DNA of 64,000 nucleotides. Source: a virus. Below are positions 47,241 to 55,649 of this stretch, piece after piece (the stretch's first letter is position 1; the number at the start of each line of letters is the position of its first letter). The position numbers were made by a program, and so were the translations under genes. Below the pieces are notes generated by a model. That model made no database searches and had not been told where the DNA came from. It saw only the letters and a list, made by a program, of their open reading frames with translations. The DNA lies in IMG/VR virus record IMGVR_UViG_3300028400_000004, positions 1 through 64,000 of that record; one strand, given 5' to 3'.

Positions 47241-47767
47241 TAAAAGTTCCCTCCAGCTTGTTGCATCAAAAGTGATGCTTGAATCGCAGCAGACGCTTTA
47301 TCTCTCAATGCTTGTATACCTACAGAATCCAATCCTGTAATAGCCATTAATTCATTATCTGTAAGAGACTGTACAAGCCTTGCACCAATTATCTTATCTT
47401 TAGGGTCTATTGACATAGTTAACTCGTTAAATATACGACCTGCTAATTCTGCATATGTCAAGTGTTCGGTTCCTATAGTATTTCCTAAAGAGTCCCGTAA
47501 GGGGTTATCTCCCCTACGCAACGCATCTAAAACTTTTAATGTTTCTTGTTCCTGTTTTAATTTAATTTTATTTATAGCAGCTTTATTTATTAAATAATTT
47601 ACTTTAGCAGAACTCCATAAATTTGCATTTTTCGGAGCTACTATACGTTCTTTAAGCGTTTGTCCTGTAGCTACATCTTCCATTGAAAACTCTATAATAA
47701 CACCACTATTAGTAGGTATAGTTTTTATTATATTTATGTTTCCTATTAATGAAGAAGCTGGCGGCAT
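47240..47767 (-). CDS. hypothetical protein (structural module)
   Basis: 175 aa, coupled to the downstream gene. Confidence 0.6.
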   Translation of the reverse strand: MPPASSLIGNINIIKTIPTNSGVIIEFSMEDVATGQTLKERIVAPKNANLWSSAKVNYLINKAAINKIKLKQEQETLKVLDALRRGDNPLRDSLGNTIGTEHLTYAELAGRIFNELTMSIDPKDKIIGARLVQSLTDNELMAITGLDSVGIQALRDKASAAIQASLLMQQAGGNF

Positions 47768-47785
47768 TTTTTTATTATTTATTTA

Positions 47786-48025
47786 TTATTTATTAGAAAC
47801 TATAAGTACACCGACAGACCCAGTTGATGGGTCTTCACAAGTTAAATTTACTTGTACTTGTCTGCAAGCCTCTGGATCATATACATCGTTACTAGCAAGA
47901 CAATACTCTCTTAAATTAGCAATTTCATCACCATCTAAACAAACCATAACTTGAATCCCTTTATCTCCGTAGGCACATCCTACTAATAGCACAAATAAAA
48001 ACACTAAAATAATTTTATTTATCAT
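47786..48025 (-). CDS. small lipoprotein
   Basis: Signal peptide with lipobox LVGC and four further Cys. Confidence 0.7.
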   Translation of the reverse strand: MINKIILVFLFVLLVGCAYGDKGIQVMVCLDGDEIANLREYCLASNDVYDPEACRQVQVNLTCEDPSTGSVGVLIVSNK

Positions 48026-48035
48026 TACAATACCC

Positions 48036-48230
48036 TCATAAAATACTATTTAAGTAGTCTATAAATTCTACTGAAAACTCATTCTCAACCAAATCCATTG
48101 CTACTTTTGCAATCTGTTCTAATTTTTCATTCTCAAAATCTGATTTAATTAATACTTTATTAATAAGATAAAAAAGTTCTGTAGAATTTAATGATAATAA
48201 ATAATCTTCAATTTCTGTATATTTATTCAT
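48036..48230 (-). CDS. small acidic hypothetical protein
   Basis: 64 aa, first gene of the leftward block. Confidence 0.55.
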   Translation of the reverse strand: MNKYTEIEDYLLSLNSTELFYLINKVLIKSDFENEKLEQIAKVAMDLVENEFSVEFIDYLNSIL

Positions 48231-48335
48231 ATAACCACACCTAATATAAAACTCAAATTTTAGTTAATAAAGAAAACTTATCATATATGTCAAGACAATT
48301 CAAGAAAGGAGAAGTTGATACTGATGCTTGTAAAT

Positions 48336-48358
48336 GAAAATGAGAATCATTCTCATTT
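48336..48358. promoter_or_regulatory. Fur box
   Basis: Palindrome AAATGAGAATCATTCTCATTT; 16/19 match to the Fur consensus. Confidence 0.65.
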
Positions 48359-48456
48359 GGCGGCATAAAAATAAACACCAAGCCACTTTTCAATTACTAC
48401 TATACTTGCAAAATGCCAATGCTTATTTATTAAGCAAGGGCAATCTTGCCTTTAAT

Positions 48457-49039
48457 CCTGCAAGGAGACCACCACCTCTGGTATCTAAAAATTAAATATA
48501 TAAATATAAACGTTAGATTCGTCCTACTTCGTAGGACTCATCTTGTAACAAAATATAAATATAAAAATTACCTACAAGGAGAATCTACCTACTTAATTAC
48601 TTTTAATTATTTAATATATTGTAACGCTAGATTCGTATCACTTCGTGATACTCATCTTTTAGCTAAAACAAATTATTATAATTTAATACAAGGAGAACTT
48701 AACCACTATTTTCTTATTTATTTCTTATTTAATTAGTATTGTTATCCTCGTATCACTTCGTGATACTCGTCTAGTAACTTTACTATAAAATAAAATTTAA
48801 TTTTTTCCTACAAGGAGATTCTATCCTCTATTAATTTTCTTACTTTGGTTTTAATACCTAGTATTGTTAGATTCGTCCTACTTCGTAGGACTCATCTTGT
48901 AACTATTACTAATTTATTAAAATTAAAATAATTTATTTTCCTATAAGGAGATACATACACTTAGAAATTTTAAATTAAATTTTATTATTTTATATAGAAT
49001 TGTTATCCTCGCACTACTTCGTAGTGCTCGTCTAGTAAC
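48457..49039. repeat. array of five 38-nt hairpin repeats, each preceded by a YAAGGAGA motif
   Basis: Units at 48512, 48626, 48741, 48866 and 49002; compensatory changes in inner and outer stems. Confidence 0.9.
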
Positions 49040-49050
49040 TTTTCTAATAA

Positions 49051-49063
49051 AATCAATAACTTA
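49051..49063 (+). promoter_or_regulatory. IHF-binding consensus
   Basis: AATCAATAACTTA fits WATCAANNNNTTR with an upstream AT tract. Confidence 0.45.
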
Positions 49064-49129
49064 TGGTTTTGAGTTTACTCAAACTCAAGACACACTTATC
49101 CTTAAATCCCTTTAACTCTGGCCACGTAG

Positions 49130-49310
49130 CCATTTTATTTCTTTATTTAACTTCTTTATTCTTTTAATTTCTTTATTTTCTTATTTTTTCTTAATTTCTT
49201 TATTTAATCCTTTATTTTTAATTCTTTTAATTCTATCTTTTTAGATACTTCTTATTTAATTCTTTATATTTGATTCTTTTAATTTCTTTATTTTATTTTT
49301 TTTATCATAT
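49130..49310. other. T-rich low-complexity tract (possible DNA-unwinding element)
   Basis: About 180 nt of TTTA/TTCT repeats, almost no G. Confidence 0.55.
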
Positions 49311-49319
49311 GTCACTCCG

Positions 49320-49865
49320 TTCTTGCGGATTCTTTCATCCTCGTCGGGCTGTTCGCCCGACTCGTTTCAAGCATCCGCATGTTCGAACTTACATTCATAT
49401 TTCAGTTTGTTTAACTTTATGGCTGGCGCGTGGGAAAAAGGCACAATTTGGCCTAGCAGACCAAAGTTGTACCTGCCAAAAATTTGGCTTTTTTCTTGAA
49501 AAAATTAATGAAAAGGCACCTTACCAATGGTTACGTTTTTACACGCGGGGACGGGAGGCCCGTGTCGCCCCTCTTACACATACTTGGGTATCGCTACGCC
49601 TCGGCAGACACATACGACCTGGTAAGTAGCCGTATGGTTCACACCCCTTAATTCTATGGGGTCTCTTGTAGATTCTTTGCCCTCCGGGCGGCCCGCGGCG
49701 ATCTACTTACCGCTAGCCTTGTTGCCTCACCCAACCTGCGCAGCATTACCTGCGCCAGGAATCTAGGCATCTGGATATTCACAAGACCCGTCCAGACCGC
49801 GGTATATCAAATTGTAGGGAGAGCACCCGTAACGAAACTCAGCTAGTGCTTGGTTTCATTACGCT
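49320..49865 (-). ncRNA. GC-rich structured non-coding RNA candidate
   Basis: Downstream of a consensus promoter; multiple stems, no credible ORF. Confidence 0.5.
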
Positions 49866-49869
49866 AGCA

Positions 49870-49898
49870 ACAATAGCACATGCAAATACGCTTGTCAA
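49870..49898 (-). promoter_or_regulatory. sigma70 promoter firing into the non-coding region
   Basis: TTGACA-N17-TATTGT with extended TG. Confidence 0.7.
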
Positions 49899-50074
49899 CT
49901 ATGTTGCAAAATCAGCATCAACACGTTTATTGAAAAATGCGTGCTGAGAACCGTTACACATATATTATCGGCATGACCCCTCAATAGTTTAACTATCCTA
50001 GTAGCTTATCTGCTTGGTTGTTTTGTCTCCTATAACGTGCTAACATAATTGATAAAAATTAATGGTATATAGGT

Positions 50075-50794
50075 ATGAAAAAGGACTTTTACAAAAAATA
50101 TTTTGGATTTATAAATTCAATAATAGAAAAGACGGTTTGTGATCCTTATAATCCAGAACGTAGAGATGATTATCTACAGGAATGTTATTTGGCATTGCTT
50201 GAGGCTAAAGAGAAGTATGATGACAAAAAATCGTCATTCTCTAATTATGCCTACATCGTTGTTAGAGGACGATTGCTTGACTACATAAGAAAGCAAACTT
50301 CTTTATCTAGAGAAGATTACAAGATAGTAAATACGATTCAAAATTTGATTAGTGAGAAAGGTATAGTACGCTATGAGGATATAAGTAAGAATTTTAACGT
50401 AAGTAAAGAAAGGTTTTATAGATTGTTGTCTTTAAGTAAAAATAGTAATTACAAAGATTTATTATATTTTAATTATGATTATTATAGTAATGATGATTTT
50501 GAAGTGGTTGTAGAAGATAAGAAAGAATTAAAAATGCAGTTATATATAAAACCGACACAAGTACATAGGATTGATAATAATAAATTTAGAAAAAAATTAG
50601 ATATTTATTTAGATAGGTTGACTGCTAAGGAGCGTACAGTTATAAAACTGAAATATTATCACGATAAAAGTATTAGTGAGATAGCTTCAATATTTAATGT
50701 TTCGGTAGCTGCGGTTAGTCATATGCATAAAAAGGCAATTAAAAAATTAAAGTCATATATTGGTGATAACGTAAATGAATACCTACATGATTAA
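50075..50794 (+). CDS. sigma70-family sigma factor, FliA/WhiG-like
   Basis: Region 2 DDYLQE...FSNYA...RGRLLDYIRK; region 4 LTAKERTVIKLKYY...SEIA...VSHMHKKAIKKLK. Confidence 0.85.
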   Translation: MKKDFYKKYFGFINSIIEKTVCDPYNPERRDDYLQECYLALLEAKEKYDDKKSSFSNYAYIVVRGRLLDYIRKQTSLSREDYKIVNTIQNLISEKGIVRYEDISKNFNVSKERFYRLLSLSKNSNYKDLLYFNYDYYSNDDFEVVVEDKKELKMQLYIKPTQVHRIDNNKFRKKLDIYLDRLTAKERTVIKLKYYHDKSISEIASIFNVSVAAVSHMHKKAIKKLKSYIGDNVNEYLHD

Positions 50795-50963
50795 AATAGT
50801 TAAGTCAGAATCAGCAGATGATTGGTATCATGACCTTATAGGATACCTACTTCCATTAGTAAGAGAAGAATCCGATTGTTATCTTAGCCGAGATGTAGCA
50901 GGTTACATTAGAAAAGTAAATAAAGAAGATGCAGAGGTTGTATATGATGAAGCGCCCTGGTGA
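50775..50963 (+). CDS. hypothetical protein
   Basis: 62 aa, overlaps both neighbours. Confidence 0.55.
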   Translation: MNTYMIKIVKSESADDWYHDLIGYLLPLVREESDCYLSRDVAGYIRKVNKEDAEVVYDEAPW

Positions 50964-51177
50964 CGTTGTATATGAAAAGATGAGCGCTCTTGGTATGTCG
51001 GTAGATGAACTTGCAAAGGCCCTGGGATTGACGTATAGGCGTTTTGAGGAGCTGCTAGACTCAGAGCTTGTCATTACGCCAGAATTGGCTGAGAAGCTGT
51101 CTAAGGCGCTTGGTGGATGTTCTAAGTATTGGATGGATTTGGAAAATAAATATGTCAGAGATTACAACGGGTTTTGA
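50944..51177 (+). CDS. HigA-like XRE HTH protein (orphan antitoxin-like)
   Basis: RPGDVV.E...GMS...LAKALG...ITPELAEKLSKALG...YWMDLE..Y. Confidence 0.78.
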   Translation: MMKRPGDVVYEKMSALGMSVDELAKALGLTYRRFEELLDSELVITPELAEKLSKALGGCSKYWMDLENKYVRDYNGF

Positions 51178-51183
51178 TATTAT

Positions 51184-52260
51184 ATGTCTGTGAAAGTATT
51201 TAATATAAAGAAAGCTGTTGTTCCTGTAGAAGCGCAAAAATTGTTTTTGGGCGAATATTCTGGTTTTCAGCGTTATGATATTTATCGGTATCCTCAATTA
51301 AGAAAAATTGAGGAAACTATGCGTAATAATTTTTGGAATCCAGAAGAAATCAGTCTTACAGAAGATGCCTTGAAGTTTCAAGAGCTTGATGATGCAATCA
51401 AGGAAGTGTTTACGCAGAATCTTTTGTATCAAACTACTATGGATTCTGTTCAAACAAGAGGACTTCAGGCTGCACTATTAAAAGTTACTTCAATGCCTGA
51501 ATTGGAAAGTTGTTTTAACACACAGGCATATTTTGAGCAGATACATAGTACAAGCTATTCTCATATTGTTCGTTCATTATTTTCTAATGGAACCGAAATT
51601 TTCGATAAAATTGATGATATTCCTGCTATAAAAAATAGGATGGAAGTCGAGGTTTATAATTATAATTTTATAGCATCAAATGATTTTGATGGTTTGAGCA
51701 TCAGCACCAAGCGTAAGTATGTGTTTGAAATGCTTATTCATATTTATGCTATGGAAAGTGTAAAATTTTATTTGTCTTTCTTGATTACATACATGTTGAA
51801 TGATGTTACCAGCAACAGCTTGCAGAGGACTTCTCGCATTATCAAAATGATCCAGTTCGATGAGAATTTACATGTAACTTTGTTTAGGCATCTATTCAAC
51901 ATATTAAAGAAAGAAACTAGAGAGGGGTTTACAAATTATTTTGACAATGAAAAATTTATTTCAATTTTTAATAAAGTAAAGGAAGATGAAATTAATTGGG
52001 GTAAATATTTATTAACTATTTATAATATCCCAGGATTGTCAGAAAAATCTATTGAAAATTTTGTATCATACCATGTTGATAGGGCACTATATACTTTGAA
52101 TATTACAAATAAGAAGCCCGTTAAGGATGATTTGATTAATTGGTTTAATATGGTTTCTAATATTGATAGTGAGAATGTAGCCCAACAAGAAGCCGAGTCT
52201 GTAGCATACCAGATTGGTATTCTTAAAAATGATTTTGAACCTGGTCCCTTGAAGATTTGA
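51184..52260 (+). CDS. nrdB: ribonucleotide reductase class Ia beta subunit
   Basis: FWNPEEI, MDSVQ, EQIHSTSY (radical Tyr), ESVKFY, DENLH. Confidence 0.95.
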   Translation: MSVKVFNIKKAVVPVEAQKLFLGEYSGFQRYDIYRYPQLRKIEETMRNNFWNPEEISLTEDALKFQELDDAIKEVFTQNLLYQTTMDSVQTRGLQAALLKVTSMPELESCFNTQAYFEQIHSTSYSHIVRSLFSNGTEIFDKIDDIPAIKNRMEVEVYNYNFIASNDFDGLSISTKRKYVFEMLIHIYAMESVKFYLSFLITYMLNDVTSNSLQRTSRIIKMIQFDENLHVTLFRHLFNILKKETREGFTNYFDNEKFISIFNKVKEDEINWGKYLLTIYNIPGLSEKSIENFVSYHVDRALYTLNITNKKPVKDDLINWFNMVSNIDSENVAQQEAESVAYQIGILKNDFEPGPLKI

Positions 52261-54596
52261 TAAACATGAAAAATAAAAATATTGTAAATCTTTCTCAGTT
52301 TGAGAAAGCATTAGAGTCTAATACTCAGTTAAATAATATAGATGTTCCTAATATTGTAGTCATTAAAAGAGATGGAAGGGAGGAACCTTATTCAATTAAA
52401 AAAATGCATAAGGTTCTTTCCTGGGCTTGCGAAGGTAATGATTTTTTTGTAAAGGAAATTTTGGAAGGAGTGCAGTTCAAGTTAAAGGATAAAATAAAGA
52501 TTACTGATTTGTATGATGAGGTTATTAAAACTGCTGCACAGAAAATATCTATGTTATATCCGCAGTATGAATATATTGCGGCTAAGCTATTTTTATTGAA
52601 AATTTATAAAGAATCTGGATGTAAGGTCGGCTTTTATCCGAAACTAGGTGACGTTTTGTCTAAGGGAGTTCATTACAAGGTTTATGACAAAGAGGTTGTT
52701 TTGTCATTTACAAGTGATGAGCTAGAAAAGTTAGATGCAGCGATAGATCATACTAGAGATTTTTTATTTAATTACAAAGCATTAACCACTTTTTATAATA
52801 AGTATTGTATTAATTATAGAAAAAATAAGAAATTAGAGTTACCTCAACATGCATATATGCGTGTTGCTATTTTCTTGAATTGGAAAGAAGAAGAAAATCG
52901 TATTGATAAAATAATCGAGACTTATAATCATTTATCTACACATAAGTATGCAGTAGCTACGCCTATTATGCTGCGTAGTTTAACGAATAAACCACAAACG
53001 GCTTCTTGTGTTCTTACTGTAATGCCAGATGATACTGATGGCATTATGGATACTGTTCATAACCTAGCTTTGTACAGTAAGTACAATGGTGGTACTGCTA
53101 CAGATATTTCCGAAGTAAGAGCCAGTGGTTCTTACATCAAAGGCAATAATGGGTATAGCAGTGGTCCTGTAGCCTATTTGAAAATAATAGAATCTGTTAT
53201 GAAGGGGTTTAACCAAGGATCATTAAGAAGTGGCGCCAATTGTAGTTATTTTCCATTCTGGCATTATGATTGGGATAAGCTAATTGTGTTAAAGTCAAAT
53301 GGTGGGACTAGCGAAACACGCTGTCGCACATTAAAGTATGCTGTCAAATTGAGTAATTTTTATTTTGACAGAGTAAAAGAAGATAAAGAAATCACGTTGT
53401 TTGATCCAAAGGATGTTCCTGAACTTTTAACATCTTTTGGTGATGAATTTGTAAAATGGTATGAATACTATGAAAATAAAACGGGAATAAGAAAAAAGAA
53501 GACTAGTGCTAGGGAACACTTTTATCAGTTAATGAAAGAACGTACTGAGACTGGAAACATTTATATATTTTTTACTGATAATGTTAATGAAAACAATATT
53601 TTAGGTAGATACATAAATTCAAGTAATTTGTGCACTGAGGTTTTGATTCCCGCACGTCCTAGTACAGTTAAATTTGAAAAGTTAGTTACTTATGAGGACG
53701 GTCATACTAATACAATTATAGAAAAGGAGACTGGTGAAATAGGTCTATGTAATTTGGCAAGCGTTAATCTTGTAGAATGGTATAACAAGGATGATATTGA
53801 TAGATTTTATTATATTTATAACCTTGTAAGAATCATGGATAACACAATTGATTATGCTTATTATCCTGTAAAAGATGCAAAGTATAGTAATATAAATTAT
53901 CGTTATTTAGGTATTGGTGTTAATAATTATGCTAATTTATTGGCCAGTTTAGGGATCAAATTTGATTCTCAGGAGTCACTAGAGTTTACAGATGAGTTGT
54001 TTTATAAGTTATCTTATAATCTAATTAAGGCAAGTGTAGAATTAGCAAAACAAAGAGGAAGGTTCAAAGCATTTAATACTACTTTATGGTCAAAAGGAAA
54101 ATTGCCAGTAGATTTTGCAAACAAAAATGCAATTAAATTAACAAAAAATAAATATCACGATGATTTTTATTGGAAAGATTTGCGAGATGATATTAGTAAA
54201 TACGGAATTAGAAATGCTTATTTAATGGCTATCATGCCAACGGCTACTTCTGGTAAAGCATTAAATGCTACAGAATCCATAGAACCTGTTTTGGATTTAG
54301 CTTATAAAGAGGAAGGTACGTTCAGCGTTACAACCTTAGCGCCTAATTTTAGAAAGAATAGTACTAAGTATGTAAAGGCTTTTGATTGCGATCCATATAA
54401 GCTAATAGAACTAGCTGCTGTTAGACAGAAATATATAGATCAGACACAATCATTAAATATGTATATAACAAAACCTGATAGCTTGACAGAGTTATTCAAA
54501 TTACATTACTATGCTATGAATCTTGGAATTAAGACTTTGTACTACTTAAAGCAACGTAAAGACACTTCTGAATATGTTTGTGAGTCTTGTACATGA
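52257..54596 (+). CDS. nrdA: ribonucleotide reductase class Ia alpha subunit with ATP cone
   Basis: VIKRDG, ATP..., SC, SNLCTE, CNLAS, MPTATS, KTLYY, CESC. Confidence 0.96.
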   Translation: MINMKNKNIVNLSQFEKALESNTQLNNIDVPNIVVIKRDGREEPYSIKKMHKVLSWACEGNDFFVKEILEGVQFKLKDKIKITDLYDEVIKTAAQKISMLYPQYEYIAAKLFLLKIYKESGCKVGFYPKLGDVLSKGVHYKVYDKEVVLSFTSDELEKLDAAIDHTRDFLFNYKALTTFYNKYCINYRKNKKLELPQHAYMRVAIFLNWKEEENRIDKIIETYNHLSTHKYAVATPIMLRSLTNKPQTASCVLTVMPDDTDGIMDTVHNLALYSKYNGGTATDISEVRASGSYIKGNNGYSSGPVAYLKIIESVMKGFNQGSLRSGANCSYFPFWHYDWDKLIVLKSNGGTSETRCRTLKYAVKLSNFYFDRVKEDKEITLFDPKDVPELLTSFGDEFVKWYEYYENKTGIRKKKTSAREHFYQLMKERTETGNIYIFFTDNVNENNILGRYINSSNLCTEVLIPARPSTVKFEKLVTYEDGHTNTIIEKETGEIGLCNLASVNLVEWYNKDDIDRFYYIYNLVRIMDNTIDYAYYPVKDAKYSNINYRYLGIGVNNYANLLASLGIKFDSQESLEFTDELFYKLSYNLIKASVELAKQRGRFKAFNTTLWSKGKLPVDFANKNAIKLTKNKYHDDFYWKDLRDDISKYGIRNAYLMAIMPTATSGKALNATESIEPVLDLAYKEEGTFSVTTLAPNFRKNSTKYVKAFDCDPYKLIELAAVRQKYIDQTQSLNMYITKPDSLTELFKLHYYAMNLGIKTLYYLKQRKDTSEYVCESCT

Positions 54597-54922
54597 AAAA
54601 AGAAGAGCTTGGTAAAAGATTTAATAATGGAAAGCTAAAGATGTCATTATTATTAGAGTGTGATGATGCATTAGATGGGGCTGTTAGATGTTTGATGCAT
54701 GGAGAAAAAAAGTACGGCAGAAATAATTGGAAGAAAGGATTAAAATACACAGAAATTATTGATAGTTTACTTAGACACTTAAACCAATTTATGCGAGGGC
54801 AAGATGTTGATTTAGAAAGCAATTCAGAGTATAATCACGTTGACGCTATTGTAGTTAATGCGTTGTTTTTGTCTTACATGTTTTATAAACGAAAAGATTT
54901 AGATGACAGGGGTGCAAAATAA
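54587..54922 (+). CDS. DUF5664-type dATP/dGTP diphosphohydrolase domain protein
   Basis: GKRFNNGK, GEKKYGRNNWKKG, SLLRHL, DLES...H...NALFL. Confidence 0.8.
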   Translation: MYMKKEELGKRFNNGKLKMSLLLECDDALDGAVRCLMHGEKKYGRNNWKKGLKYTEIIDSLLRHLNQFMRGQDVDLESNSEYNHVDAIVVNALFLSYMFYKRKDLDDRGAK

Positions 54923-55287
54923 TGGCATTGATTTTATATGCTAGAAAAGGTGATGTTTTTTACATTGATGATGTAAAGCTAAAAGTTGAGAAGTTAATTT
55001 TTGAACCTACTAAGACAAAGAATCCAATTGTAAAAAAGAGTTTTCCATATTCTATGGTTTTGTCTGTTTTTACAGATAAAGGCATGGAAAAATTTTTGAT
55101 TACTAAGGAATGTTTTACTAGTGTACCTGGTTATCCAGACTGGTTACTTGCAGTAGGTTCTCGACACAAAGAAGATAGTAGAAGTTTGTCATTAATGTTT
55201 GAAGTTCCTAAAGAAAATAAGATTTATCGAAAGAAGATTTACGATAAGATTAAGAAGCAAGAGGTGGAAAATCAAAATGGATGCTAA
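54922..55287 (+). CDS. double-length CsrA/RsmA-like protein
   Basis: N-terminal ALILYARKGDVFYIDD resembles MLILTRRVGETLMIGD; C-terminal VPKENKIYRKKIYDKI resembles APKEVSVHREEIYQRI. Confidence 0.6.
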   Translation: MALILYARKGDVFYIDDVKLKVEKLIFEPTKTKNPIVKKSFPYSMVLSVFTDKGMEKFLITKECFTSVPGYPDWLLAVGSRHKEDSRSLSLMFEVPKENKIYRKKIYDKIKKQEVENQNGC

Positions 55288-55648
55288 GAATATGTTTATT
55301 GCTAAAGAAGCCTATGAAGATATGGAAGTATTAGGGCTAAAGGAAGATACTGTTCGTGATATGGTTAAATTGTCTGTTCCGTATAATCATGTAATGGGAA
55401 ATCGCAGGTATAAGCAATTTATTTTCGATTATGATCCAGACAATAACACTTTAAATACTATTGCCCTTCGTGTCCTTAAAATTTATGGCAAAGATGCTGA
55501 GAATGTTTGTAAGACATGTTATGGCGAACGCTATGTAACTATTATCAAACATTATAAGGAACATGATGTGCCTTATGTTGGCAGAGTAAAGTGTAATGAT
55601 GATCACTGCGTTAATGGCCTCTATGTAACTTCAACGAGGGATTACTGA
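55277..55648 (+). CDS. hypothetical protein with C-terminal Zn-ribbon
   Basis: GAGG RBS; CKTC...C...C. Confidence 0.65.
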   Translation: MDAKNMFIAKEAYEDMEVLGLKEDTVRDMVKLSVPYNHVMGNRRYKQFIFDYDPDNNTLNTIALRVLKIYGKDAENVCKTCYGERYVTIIKHYKEHDVPYVGRVKCNDDHCVNGLYVTSTRDY

Positions 55649-55649
55649 T

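Noticed and set aside
48512-49039. CRISPR array (38-nt GTT...AAC repeats)
   Set aside because: Repeats vary by compensatory changes, spacers are 76-98 nt, low-complexity and share a motif, and no cas genes are present
48512-49039. TIGR-like guide array or cUUCGg RNA tetraloops
   Set aside because: No box C/D pattern or Nop-domain protein is seen; the loop is C-TTC-G followed by T, not C(UUCG)G
48446-49629. ORFs 48446-48736 and 49270-49629
   Set aside because: They translate repeats and low-complexity or structured DNA, start at TTG and lack an RBS; likely spurious
54587-54922. 2-aminoadenine (Z-genome) pathway inferred from the DUF5664-type gene
   Set aside because: No purZ or datZ is recognisable in the window, and this family is widespread without them
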